A DNA stretch of 64,000 nt from Octopus vulgaris (taxonomy: Eukaryota), in the NCBI GenBank assembly GCA_951406725.2, contig OX597833.1, forward strand, positions 72,602,001 through 72,666,000. Direction: 5' to 3'. This document shows, piece by piece, positions 14,875 to 28,455 of this stretch (position 1 is the stretch's first letter; every line of letters begins with the position of its first letter). The notes beneath the pieces are model-generated. The model did no database searches and had not been told where the DNA came from. It saw only the letters and a program-made list of their open reading frames with translations. A program made the position numbers and the translations under genes.

Positions 14875-15551
14875 CGTTGCAGCGGGAAGCTGCATTCACC
14901 GTTTGTTGGTATATTCCATGGTCCTCCAGAACCACCCGTCGAGCAAAGTCCTAGTGAGTCCCCATCTTCGCAAAATACATCCTCACCTTCCGTGACCATG
15001 TGGTACATGTGGGTCAACACAAGCCGTTAAACCCAGCCAAATCCTCAGTGAAGAGAGCACAGCAAGCAGGGTCTAAATCGGAAAATGTTCTGGTCTTTAA
15101 TGAAGACTTATAATAAGTTTCATCGACCCCAGTACTTGACTGGTACTCCATTTTATCAACCCTGAATGACTGAAAGTGAATGTTAACTCCAGTGGGATTT
15201 GAACTCAGAACACATAGGTCCGTAAAGAAATGCTGCAAAGCCCTTCCTCCGACGCTCTTCTGCTTCTTCCAGCTCACAAACCAATGTGTCTTGGTGACAA
15301 TGTTGGGTGAAACTATTATAAGCCTATTCTGGCATGATGGCATTGCAGAATTGCTCGGGGGTCCGATGAAAAATATTGTGAGATTTGTTCCAGTTTCTTC
15401 CGTTCTGCGTTCGAATCCCGTCGAAGTCAACTTTGCCTTTCGTTTGCCTGCGCTCGATAAAATAACTTAGCAGCCAAATCAACGAGTGAAGTAATCAACT
15501 GCTCTCTTCGACTCGTTTCCTGGCCAAGATTTTATCCTGAAGTTCAGGATC

Positions 15552-15625
<74 letters not shown>

Positions 15626-16247
15626 GTTTCAGGATGGTCATCGCTCCAAACAATGAAAATGAAAAGGAAAAAAACTGCTTCTTCGAATTTCGAGAGGACT
15701 CTTTCTCTTTCACTTTCGGGTCGCGAAAGCCGTCTTGCTTCACCCAATGTCCCCCCAGAGGCCCTGCTGAAGCTGTTGGTATGATAAGAACGGCCGAGCA
15801 TTAGACTACACACGGTGTGTGTATACTTAAGTTCTTACTCGGGTTCATTCTGTCTCTTGCCGTCCACCTCGAATCGGAATCTCACGTAGCAAGGACACCC
15901 GCGCGATTAAGCAGTTCGCTTCGCCATTACGTGGTTTCGTGTTCGATAACTATCTTCTACCTCAGTCTCGGGTCTGCAAAAGCCTTCCCAGTGGGATTTC
16001 GGGGGCTGGGTAGGCGGGTGGGGACAGTGTAACAACCCATAGAAGGACCCGTTACCGTTTCTAGCGGGAGGAGGAGGAATGAAGCGGTTTAGACAATCCA
16101 TCACTAGCGTTTGGTCCTGAGGTACCTTTAATAGGGTTCGATCTCTGTCCTATGCTCGGGTCAGGTCTGTTGTCTGGAGATAACTTCCTCCCTTCCTCCC
16201 ACCTATCACCGAAGCCCTTAAGGGGGTCATGAATTTTGCCCTTCTTC

Positions 16248-16292
<45 letters not shown>

Positions 16293-17079
16293 CAACATAC
16301 ACACATACATACATACATACATACACACATACATACATACATACATACATACATACATACATACATACATACATACACACATAATGGAAAGGCACGTTGG
16401 ATAATTTAGTCCTAGATACACTACGCTTGAATAGTAAAGGAAATACGAAATGGTCATGGCTGGAACGTCTTTAGTCAAAGTTCTGCAACTCAACCTCAAG
16501 GATCGTCTTGTGGCTAAGCAACAACAAAAACAATTGTCATTTTTTAAAGAATTCTGGTCAGATGGCTGAAAACTGGGTTTTAGGATTCGTGTCACTTCAG
16601 CCGTTGGGAATAATATTCATTTTATTTTGATCTGATTTTGTGTTTTGGTTGCGAAGAAGAGGAGAGAGAGAGAGAGGGGGGAGAGAAAGGGAGACAGAGA
16701 AGAGAGAGAGAGAGAGAGAGGATGCAGAGTGAGAGAAAGGAAGAGGGTGAGAGAGAGAGAGAGAGAGAGTGTGTGTTAAGAGGGAAGGAGAAGATACGAA
16801 AATTGTGAGAGGAAGAAAGATAAAATGTGGGCGGAAAAGAGAGAAAAAGGCAAAAGTAGGGAGAGAGAGGGAGGGAGAGAAAGGGAGGGAGAGAGAGAGA
16901 AAGGGAGAGAAAGAGGGGGAGGTAATTGAGTAAGAGTTAGAGAGGAAATGTTAAGACGAAAGAAATGTGAGAGAGGGGGAAATGTGTGGGAGGAAAAGGT
17001 AAGGGGAGAGGGAAGAGAAGGTCATGGGGGAAAAGAAGAGGAAAAGGACGAGGTGAAGAGGGAATGAAAGAACTTTCTT

Positions 17080-17206
17080 TGATGCTGCTGCTGATGATGA
17101 TGATGATGATGGCCAATGTGGTGGAGATGGTGGTGGTGGTAATGATGGCGATCATCCCCACCGCCATCAGTACGACCACAACGATCACCATGATGACGAC
17201 GACGAC

Positions 17207-17247
<41 letters not shown>

Positions 17248-17349
17248 CGATGATGATGATGATGATGATGATGACGATGATGGCCAATGTGGTTAATGAT
17301 GGCGATCATCACCACCGCCATCAGTACGACCACAACGATCACCATGATG

Positions 17350-17380
<31 letters not shown>

Positions 17381-17642
17381 TGATGATGATGAAGTAAAAA
17401 TATTGGTTACGGTGTTTGTAATAGTGGTGATGATGGTGATGGTGGGAATAATGGTTTGACGGTTGGGAAAGTAGTGGATGTGATGATGATGATGGTGATG
17501 ATGACGACGATGACGACGATGATGATGGTGATGGTGACGATTGCAGTGACATTGTTGATGACGATGTTGATGATGATGGTTGTCGGGGTTGTGATAGTGA
17601 CGACAACGGTGCTGAAGGAAACGATTGTCATCATCATCATCA

Positions 17643-17682
<40 letters not shown>

Positions 17683-17760
17683 GGTGATGACGATGTCGAC
17701 AACGACGACGATGACGATGCTACTAGTGATGGTGATGATGATGATGGTGGTGATGGGTTT
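17080..17760. repeat. (GAT/GAC/GGT)n compound microsatellite with an internal duplication of about 170 bp
   Basis: ggccaatgtggt...gccatcagtacgaccacaacgatcaccatg occurs twice (about 17110 and 17282). Confidence 0.9.
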
Positions 17761-18054
17761 TTAGGAAGATGAGGATAAGATGAAGAGGAGAGACTAATGT
17801 TGTTATTGTCGGTGTTTAACCCCAGGTCAGCCTTGATCGAGAAGAATGAGGAAAAGCGATAGAGAGAGAGAGAGAGAGAAAGGAAATATAAAAGGAGGAA
17901 AGCAATAGAAATGAATATGAAGGTAAAAAAAAGAGAGAAAGATCTAAAAGCTGTGAAGAGCGAATAAAAAAGATGAGGTGAGGATGGAGGTGGGGGTGAG
18001 AATAAAGGAAAGGAAGGAGAGAAGGAGAGTAAGCGAGAATAACGATGGGAGACT

Positions 18055-18094
<40 letters not shown>

Positions 18095-18467
18095 TAGAAA
18101 GAGAGAGAGACGGTGATAAGGAAGAGAAAGGGAAGTTCACGGAAACAGAGAGAAAAAGAAAGTGAGAGAGAGAGAGAGAGAGAGACAGAAAGAGAGAGGT
18201 GTGGGGGTTCCTTAGAACTTAGATGTGGTTGCTAGCCCTGCTAGAAAGAGCAGCCCCTGAGAAAGGAAGGACACATTGGAGAAGGAAGTCTTAAATATCG
18301 ACTTCGATCTTGATTAGTTTTAATATCGAAAAACTTCGTTTTGATGATATTACTAGAGTTATTTCCCCTGCTTTTCTTATTTTGGTAGATTTTAAACATC
18401 CTTCGAGGGGAGTTTCTGTCTCCTAATTGAACAGATATTTTCAGTTAATCGACAATTTTGAACTCAG

Positions 18468-18556
<89 letters not shown>

Positions 18557-18592
18557 AACACACAAACACACACACACAGACACACACACACA

Positions 18593-18657
<65 letters not shown>

Positions 18658-19579
18658 GTTTGGACCCAACAAGCACTACCGTAAACAAGATGGCACATAG
18701 GAAAGAACTCTTCCTGGAGAGCTGAAGAGGAGTCACCAGCCTCCATCCTAGGGGTGTGGGGGTGGGAGGAGTAAAAGGGTCCGTTTCGTGACCATGTGGT
18801 TCTGATTTCGATAAAGCAGGAGGATAGCTTGAGCAAGGATTTCCACTGCAGTCTCTCTCCGCTTCAACAATCTTGTCAGTCTACCGTCACTCACGCGTGG
18901 GTGTTTATATGAATGCATGCATGTATGTATGTATGTATGTATGTATGTATGTATGTATGTATGTATGTATGTATGTATGTATGTATGTGTGTGTGTATGT
19001 AGTATGTATGTTTGTATGTATGTATGTTTGTATGTATGCATGTATGTATGTAGGTAGGCATGTATGTATGTATGTATGTATGTATGTATGTATGTATGCA
19101 TGTATGTAAATGTATGTGTGTATGTATGTATGTATGTATGCATGTATGTATGTATGTATGTATGTATGTATGTATGTATGTATGTATGTATGTATGTATG
19201 CATGTATGTATGTATGTGTGTGTGTATGTATGTATGTATGTATGTATGTATGTATGCATGTATGTATGTATGTATGTAATTCTTGTGTCGTTTTTGTGTG
19301 TGTATACTTTTATGGTGGTGAGATGTGTTATGAAAACACTATCTCTTAAAAAATTCGGTGTGGTGCCAAATAAAAATTTACTTAACCACTGTACCACAGA
19401 GATCGATAAAATAAATATCAAGTTCGATGTAACAAAAAAAAGAAAAAGAAAAGAACCCCGATTAGCACGGTTGTATATACGTGTTGATGTTATGTATATA
19501 TATATATATATATATATAAAGCTGAAGTTGTCTGTGTATGGCAGGTTTGCTAGCCTTCAACTTACACTATGGACAATCT

Positions 19580-20246
19580 CCTTGATTAAGTTGGTGAATG
19601 CTGCCATAATCCTTGCCTTCAGTTCATCTTTGGTGTTAGAAGGAGTTTTGTTGGCGTCTCGCTCAATTGCTCCCTACATATAATAATCAAGGGGGTTGCA
19701 GTCTGGGGAGTTAGGTGACCAGAGGAGTTAGAGGTGATGGGCTCGCAGAGATTGTCTGACAAATATGACTGGGTTCTCCTGCTTGTGTGGCATGGTGCAG
19801 AGTCCTGTTGCCAGACATAGGGGCTTCCAACAGCCACCCTCTTCACCCAGGGCAGCACCACCTCTTCCAGGCACATGATAGAGGCCGTGTGAGAAGATGA
19901 ATGGAGGTATAACGTCACCACCACTAGTAATCACTTCAAACACCATCATGTTGATGGATGTTTGATTTTCATCACTCTTGGTACATGTTTTGGGGACACA
20001 GCAAGCCAACGATGATTCTGTGTGTTCACCATCTGTTCGTATTGGAGCTTCCAGTGTGAATGCCAAGCAGTACAGCATGCCGATTCCAAATTTCTTGCAG
20101 AGTGAATTGCGTCATGGTGATGTTTTTCTCACTGACGGTGCCCAACTGACCCTACCATACTGTGTAGTCGTCAAAATCAAAAAACAAACAATGCGCATGC
20201 GCGAAATTAAAACTATTAAATGGTGACAATTTAACCATCGTACCCG

Positions 20247-20247
<1 letters not shown>
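19580..20247 (-). mobile_element. Tc1/mariner (maT/DD37D-like) remnant
   Basis: Fragments WQQDSAPCHTSRRTQ and PNSPDCNPLDYY; one terminus CCGGGTACGATGGTTAAATTG next to TA. Confidence 0.75.
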
Positions 20248-20289
<42 letters not shown>

Positions 20290-20854
20290 TTCTTTTATTC
20301 TTTTACTTGTTTCAGTCATTTGACTGTGGCCATGCTGGAGCACCGCCTTTTAGTCGGTAGATAGATAGATAAAAAGATGGATAGGAGTAGAAATAGAAGA
20401 GAAAAATGTTTCTGTGTAAGATATAAAAACAAGAGGAACAATTACGTTGTAGGTAGGTTAGACATATTCAAGTTTAATTTTGATTACATAAGACGTTCTA
20501 TAATGTATATTTATGAAAACACACACAGACATACACGCATATATATATATGTATACATACATGAACGTATATGTACGTGTATGTATATATATATATATAT
20601 ATATATACGCACACACACACACGTACATATACGTTTATGTATGTTTACATATATATATGTGCGTGTATGTCTGTGTATGTTTTCATAAGTATATATTATA
20701 TATATATATATACAACCCCATCTATACATACATACATACATACATACATACATACATACATACTTACATACATACATACATACATACATATACATACATA
20801 CATACATACATACATACATACATACATACATACATACATACATACATACATACA

Positions 20855-20885
<31 letters not shown>

Positions 20886-21178
20886 CATACATACATAGAC
20901 ACACATACATACTTACATACATACATACATACATACATAGACACACATACATACATACATACATACATACATACATACATACATACATAGATACATGCAT
21001 ATATACATGCATACACATACTCATATGTCGTACAGAAATGGAAAGCGAAACAAACTTACTGAGCGGACGAAAGTGTTTTGTGTCATGTCCAATGGAAAAA
21101 GAAGCCATTCTGTATCGTGCGTCTGTGTCTGATGTGAAGAGCAGACGACACATTTGTGTCGCGTAACGAAATGCAGTG

Positions 21179-21378
21179 AGCAGACGACACCCTGTGTCAT
21201 GTGACCAAATGGTAAAAGCAGACGACACTCTGTGTCATGTGACCAAATGGTAAAAGCAGACGACACTCTGTGTCATGTGACCAAATGGTAAAAGCAGACG
21301 ACACTCTGTGTCATGTGACCAAATGGTAAAAGCAGACGACACTCTGTGTCATGTGACCAAATGGTAAAAGCAGACGAC
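21179..21378. repeat. 38-bp minisatellite, about 5 copies
   Basis: Unit agcagacgacactctgtgtcatgtgaccaaatggtaaa repeated head-to-tail, with degenerate copies upstream to about 21075. Confidence 0.95.
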
Positions 21379-21679
21379 GCATCACGTGAATAAGAGACGC
21401 GGGAAGGGGAAAATTTTTTTTTGTTTTTTTCTATGGTTAAAAATGTGTGACAAAATTACAATTCTGTCTCTTTTTCGGGTTTGGAGAAGACAAATGTTTT
21501 ACTACTATTTCGATGAAATTTCTTTTAATAAAATATGTACGCACTGCCCCACTTCAGGGAATCATCAATGAACATTTCTAAAATAATATTAAGAAGTGTA
21601 ATTAATTATAATAAATTATAATTAATTTAAAAAATTGATTCAAAACTAGTTCCTCCGTAGTTTTGTGTCATTACCGCTG

Positions 21680-21729
<50 letters not shown>

Positions 21730-21771
21730 GAAGAAATTTAATGAAAATACTTAACGAAATTGATAAAAATA

Positions 21772-21928
21772 TCTTCTTCTTCTTCTTCTTCTTCTTCTTC
21801 TTCTTCTTCTTCTTCTTCTTCTTCTTCTTCTTCTTCTTCTTCTTCTTCTTCTTCTTCTTCTTCTTCTTCTTCTTCTTCTTCTTCTTCTTCTTCTTCTTCT
21901 TCTTCTTCTTCTTCTTCTTCTTCTTCTT
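21772..21928. repeat. (TTC)n microsatellite
   Basis: Directly visible. Confidence 0.99.
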
Positions 21929-21939
21929 TATCATTACTA

Positions 21940-22575
21940 GGGTCGCACGGAGGCGGCGAATGCGTACATCACTTCCGTCATCTACAACCGCCTGACCATC
22001 GTTCCTTTGCTCTGCTTCGTTGTTGATCATGTTGGAGCGCTTGCTCTTCTGTTTCCTGACGACGGGATGTGTTCCTCTGCTGTCAGCAGCCGCTGAGTGG
22101 AGGACTGGGCTGTGGTTAATAATACACAGACATGCACTGAAGCTGCGACATCTCCAGCATTTCCTTTCCGTTTGTCACACAGGATTTTCTGCAGCTCGTC
22201 TCATTGACGGAGCTATATTCCTAGATCAAGCGTAGACTGAGAAAGGGCACTTGGTACCTGAAGTATCGGCCACCGCTCACAAGCCTCAGCCAGTCGGACA
22301 ATGCGGTCGGTGGAAGTTTCACATTGGAGTTTTATAAGGGATTAGCGGTGGGCAAGCGCGACGACGTCCTCGGGGAATCACTGGGCGTGGGGGGAGATCA
22401 ATTAGCTGCTATTTTCTGGACGACTTTCGGGTAGGAGTCTATGGATAATTTCCAGAAATCCCTGGCCCGACATTGCTACCTTGTGAGATCTACCAGTTCG
22501 AGACAAGCTCATTAGCACGGAAGTGCTGTCAGATGGACCTGTCCGGGATATGTGCAGGGCAATGATGAAACCGTT
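21940..22575 (+). mobile_element. L1/Tx1-clade LINE ORF2 fragment (post-RT to zinc knuckle)
   Basis: GRTEAANAYITSVIYNRLTIVP / LERLLFCFL..G.VPL / RHALKLRHLQHFL / MDNFQKSLA..CY..LPVRDKL / TCPG...NDETVLH, with frameshifts. Confidence 0.75.
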
Positions 22576-22589
22576 TTGCATTATTAAAG

Positions 22590-23345
22590 ATGGGTGATGG
22601 GTGATCCTCAAGATAACCTCAGCTAATAGATTCGTCCTTCATGCAAGAGCAGCTGTTCGGCGTAAACCCCACAAGTCGGTCATGCGTGCAGCACAATTTC
22701 GTCGCTCTGCGTGCATCTCGGCCTGGTGGCCCTTCCGTGCCTGTAGACTTTATCTCAAACCGGCTATGTCCCTCAGTAGCACAGTCAGGCAAGGGTTTCC
22801 GGAGGTTATCTTCGGTCGTCTGACCCAAAGGTTCCCCGAAACAGACCAGCTAGTTCGTCCCCGTCGAGAATCTTTATCGTTCTTACCCTCATATAATCTC
22901 TATGATGCTAACTTCCACTGACCGTATTGTTCTCCTGGTAGAGGGCAGTGAGCGCCTAACGCCATCTAGGTGCCAGGCATCGAATCTTGATCTTTTCTTG
23001 ACTCAGTACTGCTGCTTCATCTAAGAGGTAGACTGCGGAAAGATATGTGTTACAGAGACCACGCCGGCTCAGCATTCAGGAAAATCTGTAGGTGATGTAG
23101 CTTCAGCAGCCACGGTATGCAAAGCCCGCCTTCACAGAGGGTGTTGGCAATAAATGAACCACCCGACCAGTGGAATGCGTCCTTTCCACAGGAAATGGAA
23201 AAGTAGGCGCCCTAGTCGAGGCAAACGTGGACTAGGGCAAAGCACAACGGTCAGGCGGTAAGTTATTACGGAGGCAGGTAGTTGTAGGTATTCGCCACCT
23301 TTGCTTCACCTTTCGGGAATGGATTCCTTTCGGCCCATTTCTGAG
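22590..23345 (-). mobile_element. Second L1/Tx1-clade ORF2 fragment, opposite orientation
   Basis: Minus strand: KVANTY..ASVITYRLTVV / LGRLLFHFLWKGRIPLV...CQHPL / ELAGLFRGTFG / DKVYRHG..RPRCTQSDEIVLHA..TDLW. Confidence 0.75.
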
Positions 23346-24131
23346 TGAAGGACACCAATATTAGGGTTAGTGGGTTGGTTCTTTATTTCATTACCCCCTA
23401 AAAGGATCAAAGACAAAGTGGACCTCTGTGAGATTTGAACTCGGAACGTAAAGAAGCGGAAGAAATGCTGCTAAGTATTTTGTTCGACGCGCTGATGATT
23501 CTGCCAATAATAATAAGAATAACTACAGCAACTTTACTAATAGCAAAATACAAACCAAACATCAACCCAAACACAGCACCCATGGAGTAAACAACGGAAT
23601 TGACTGTTTAACCCCTTCACCGTTGTCTTTTTTCTCTCTATACATTTACCGCCAGTCATACTTCGTTATTTGTCTTGGCTTTTCGTTCTAAAAAGTTCAC
23701 AAAACAGGACCCAGATCGTTGCCATGCTCTCATCGTTTAAATTTCTTTTGATCGATTAATATTTCATCAGTGCTTATTATTTTCTTTTATCACTTTAAAT
23801 TGAAATTCTCTTGCATAATAGATTCAATTAACTTGTAAATTATACAAATACAATTTCGATTCACAAAGTTTATGTAACAAAATGAAAAGAAAAACGTTTG
23901 CGGTAAGCGGGAGATGAGGTCCATGCTGATAACGTTTTTAAAATGATGAAACTTAATCGATTTCTGATAATGAAAGGCAGACTTCCAGTGACAATAGTTT
24001 GTTTGAATTGCTTTTTAAATCAACTAATATTTCATCTATTCTTATTATATTAACAGAAAATTAAAATCATCTTTAATGATATTCTTAGTTAATTGATAAA
24101 CATATATATGAATGTATATGCATGTTTGCAA

Positions 24132-24259
<128 letters not shown>

Positions 24260-25049
24260 CACGCACACACGCGCACATTGACGAACATTCGCTTGATTTC
24301 CAACACATAATGCGCGTGTTGAATTAAAGAGGGAGACCTGATTAAGGGGTTCAAAGACATTTCTTGCGACGTGGTTGTTGACGAAGATAAATGTGACCTT
24401 AAAGAATGTGAGTATTCGCAGGGGTGGTTATACGGGTGATTGTGTCTTAATTAACTTATTGAATAATTAATAGTAATAATAAGTTGAGAAGCAAGAACTC
24501 TCCTCAACAATGTGTTGGCCTCACACTGTTGTCTCTGTTGTCAATGATTATTAATAACGCTAAACGTTTAGAGATACATAATTCACGATTTGTATTTTCT
24601 GTTGTGTTTGAATTAAGAAATAGTGAAATGACCAAATAATTAGAGTTATGAGATCTCTTATTAACGTAGACTAAGTCCTTCGTCTATAACAAGAATAATC
24701 TCTGTTCAGAGCTGAACTCCTGGTTAATCTCTCCAAAGAGTCCTGGAATGTTACCCAAGACCATTTGATGCGAAAATTAGACTTTTATTTTTGTCTGTTA
24801 ACGTTTACCAAAACTATAATTAAAAATGATTGGCTGGAAAAATGTCAGTAGGCATTATAATAGAGTTCAGAGATATAACTAAAAAACCGCCTGACTGGCA
24901 CGTAAAAGCACCCACTACACTCTCGGACTGGTTGGCGTTAGGAAGGGCATCCAACACGTCAGCCTGTAACAGCTGAAATCCTTCCAACTACTCAATGGAA
25001 AGATTCTGTTTTTCAAATGATTTGGTCTATAGAACCACCCTCACTCCAT

Positions 25050-25440
25050 CTGATGGCAACATGAAAAACTACAGTCATGACAACCAATAACTTTAAAGAA
25101 GGATGTAAATGGTACATGCCCTCCTTCAGATTTATGGACAGGAAAATCTCTACCCTTCTGTACCACTTCATCTGAAGGCTCTGGGACTATCAAAAAGCAT
25201 ATGCATGACATGGAACATCGTTGATAGGGCCCCTCTATGCTCACCTTCGGCTTATAATTGCCAAATCTGCTTATATGGGAAACTGTCATTATCCAGCAGG
25301 TGGCAGTGTCCATCAATAGGGAAAATGACCAATCTTATTGTTGCCACCAGAGGTATGTCCTGTTAATGAACTAATGAAAGAAGCTAGCATTTTCAAGCAA
25401 AGAAGGAGCCTGGCTAACATGAACATTACAGATACAATCT
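25050..25440 (+). mobile_element. Penelope-like element remnant (GIY-YIG C-terminal region)
   Basis: Degenerate MTWNIVDRAP...NCQICLYGKL resembles the Penelope W.I...A..Y...C.LCL.EK motif. Confidence 0.5.
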
Positions 25441-25579
25441 GTAAGGGGAACAGCAAAAATATGTAAGACTTTCTTAAAATCTGATTTGTAAGAATTATTC
25501 TTGTTGTTATGCAAACTCTAATAATAAAGGAAAGGGGAAAAAAGCATATAATTACATAATTACATACAAATATGTAAGA

Positions 25580-25622
<43 letters not shown>

Positions 25623-25666
25623 CATACATACATACATATATATGTAGATACACACACACACACATA

Positions 25667-25700
<34 letters not shown>

Positions 25701-25744
25701 GATAGATAGATAGATAGATAGATATGTTTCTTTATTAGCCACAC

Positions 25745-25972
<228 letters not shown>

Positions 25973-26520
25973 CTATACTTATATGTTTATGCATATGAAA
26001 AAGATTTAATCTCCAACAACAGGGTATAAAATGTCAAATGAAACAACTAAATTTAGAAAAAGGAACAAAATAAATAACGAAAAACAAAGCAAACAAAAGG
26101 GAAAGAATGAGTTCCCAGTGTTGTTGTTGTGGTTGTTGTTGTTGTTGTGGTTGTTGATGGTGGCGGTGGTGGTGGTGGTGTGGTGAGGGGAAGAAAGGAG
26201 GGGGGGGGCGGATGTTGGAAGTAGTAAAGACTAGAAATAGTAATAACAAATAGGCTGAGAGAACAGCCAGGGGGACTTATCTGTCTGTGTGTCTGTGTGT
26301 AGCTATTTATATGCAGAATACACATGTATCTATAAAGTGTGCTTCTGCATGTGTGTCTGTGTACGTGTGTATATATCAACATCTACACACTCACACACAC
26401 GCGCACGCACACACACGCGCACGCACACACATACACATTCGTGTGTGCGTGCAAATATATTCCGGGGTGGGGGAAGTTTTTATGATATCTTCCCATCAGA
26501 CTAAGAACTGCACAAGAGCC

Positions 26521-26557
<37 letters not shown>

Positions 26558-26721
26558 CACACAGACAGACAGACAGACACGTAGTTTTGTTTTCAATGAC
26601 AAAGGTAAACAACTATTCTAAGCTCAGTTGTCATGGAAATATAACAGATATATATATATATAAATATACATACATTTATATGTATGTGACTGTGTGTATG
26701 TATGTGTGTGAATGTGTGTGA

Positions 26722-26752
<31 letters not shown>

Positions 26753-26908
26753 TATATACATGCATAGATACAAACATACATATGCATTGAAATATATATA
26801 TATATGCACAAACATGTCTATATATACGTATTCATGTATATATACATACATATATACATGCATATGCATAGATATGTATATGTGGATGGTTACATATCTG
26901 TATGTGTG

Positions 26909-26969
<61 letters not shown>

Positions 26970-27199
26970 TAATATATATATATATATATTATATATTATA
27001 TATATATATATATTATATTTTATATATATAATATACATATACATATATATATATATATATATATGTAAATAAGCACATATCAGATTGGAGCCTGGTGCCA
27101 CCTCTCAGTTTGCCAGCTCTCAGTTAAATCGTCCAACCCATGCCAGCATGGAAAGCGGACATTAAATGACAATGATAAGGATGACATAGAGATTGTGTC

Positions 27200-27480
27200 A
27201 ATACAAATATATGTATGTATGTATATATGTATGTATGTTTGTATGTATGTGCAGATTTGTATGTTCTATCTATGTACTCTCATGCATATAGTTGCATATC
27301 TAGACATGCTCATATATATTTAAATGATAAACTTCTGGAAAGTTTTACAGATTTTTACAGTTCCAGTGATGGATTGGATCAGTAGTCTTTGAATTAGCTT
27401 TCTCCTTTCTGGTTTTGAGAAGTCTAATTTCTCAAGATTGGTATTTAGGCCGTGTATTACATATCCCAGGGTCCCAATAA
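27200..27480 (-). mobile_element. RLE-type (R4/Dong-like) non-LTR retrotransposon 3' end
   Basis: Minus strand IGTLGYVIHGLNTNLEKLDFSKPERRKLIQRLLIQSITGTVKICKTFQKFII* followed by a UTR and (CATA)n. Confidence 0.55.
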
Positions 27481-27753
27481 TTACCCCTTACTTTCACTGC
27501 AGCCAGAACAGTCCGTGTCCTTTCTGTGGAGACCTTCATTCACAGTCCATTATGCAGCCAGAAATACTGATGGGAGTACACCCACGAAAATCACAGGTAT
27601 GTAAAAACTGGCGGAGGAGGAGAGTGAAAGTAGAACATGAGAGAGGGGGAGGGAGTAAGATTATGAGAAGAAAAAAAAAGGGGGGGGTATGAAATGTCAA
27701 GAGAGTGGAATGAGGAGATGAGGTGAAAGAGATAAAGAAGATAGGGAGGAGTG

Positions 27754-27797
<44 letters not shown>

Positions 27798-28124
27798 ATA
27801 TAAGCAATGAGGTGGGACACAGGTGTTGTCTGAGGCTGAGACGAGTGTCATAGCGCTACTGCATAGTTTTGTTGTCAAGGGAGCAAACCCTGGAAGGCTT
27901 CATGGAAATTGGTGGGGAGTTGGGAGGTGAGGGTGCCACCAGGGTTTCAAATGCAGGTTCATTTACTGTTTTGCTCCCTCTTGTTCATATCTAAATCTTA
28001 GCATATGCCTACATTTGGTTGCTTAGCAACGATAATTTCACAATAAAACATGTGCAAGAAAAAAATGATAAAATAAAACAATTATAACCACTTTGCTTAT
28101 AAATAAATAAATAAATTAATTAAA

Positions 28125-28455
28125 CATGAGCACTCAGAGGGTGCAAACCTCTGCCAAGGCAACACCAATGTCCTCTCAACGATTAGCCGGAGATGATTTT
28201 TAAAATGAGAATATCGGAAATAAACTTGACTGCTCTCACAAATAAGAATGCTAAAAATAAACCCAACTGCTCTCCAGAATCCTTGTCCAGTACCGGATCG
28301 ATCTCAAAATCTGATCAGTTTGTGCCAGTCACAAGGCCAGATATCCCTGAAAGTTTCATCAGAATCCATCCAGCAGTTCTTGAGATATCTTGTCTAAGGG
28401 ACAAACAAACACAAGTGAAAACAATACCTCTACCTTCGCTAAGGCGGAAATAACA
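28125..28455. mobile_element. Non-autonomous DNA element (Helentron/MITE-like), family uncertain
   Basis: AACATGAGCACTCAGAG...CCTCTGCCAAGG start and ACCTTCGCTAAGGCGGAAATAA hairpin-like end, recalled as typical of such elements. Confidence 0.4.

Noticed and set aside
14883-14962. Possible second exon (ttgcag|...CTA|gtgagt) in phase with the 13949 exon
   Set aside because: No polypyrimidine tract (preceded by (GT)n), the peptide is unrecognisable, and the segment looks like an interspersed repeat.
15650-16250. GC-rich stretch as a possible exon
   Set aside because: Stops in all plausible frames; faint resemblance to decayed LINE 3' regions but too degenerate to assign.
16986-17764. Met/His/Asp-rich ORFs suggestive of reflectin or His-rich beak proteins
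   Set aside because: These are pure trinucleotide repeats open on both strands, with no reflectin motif, signal peptide or splice support.
21179-21378. CRISPR-like array
   Set aside because: Units are contiguous and identical with no unique spacers; there are no cas genes and the context is eukaryotic.
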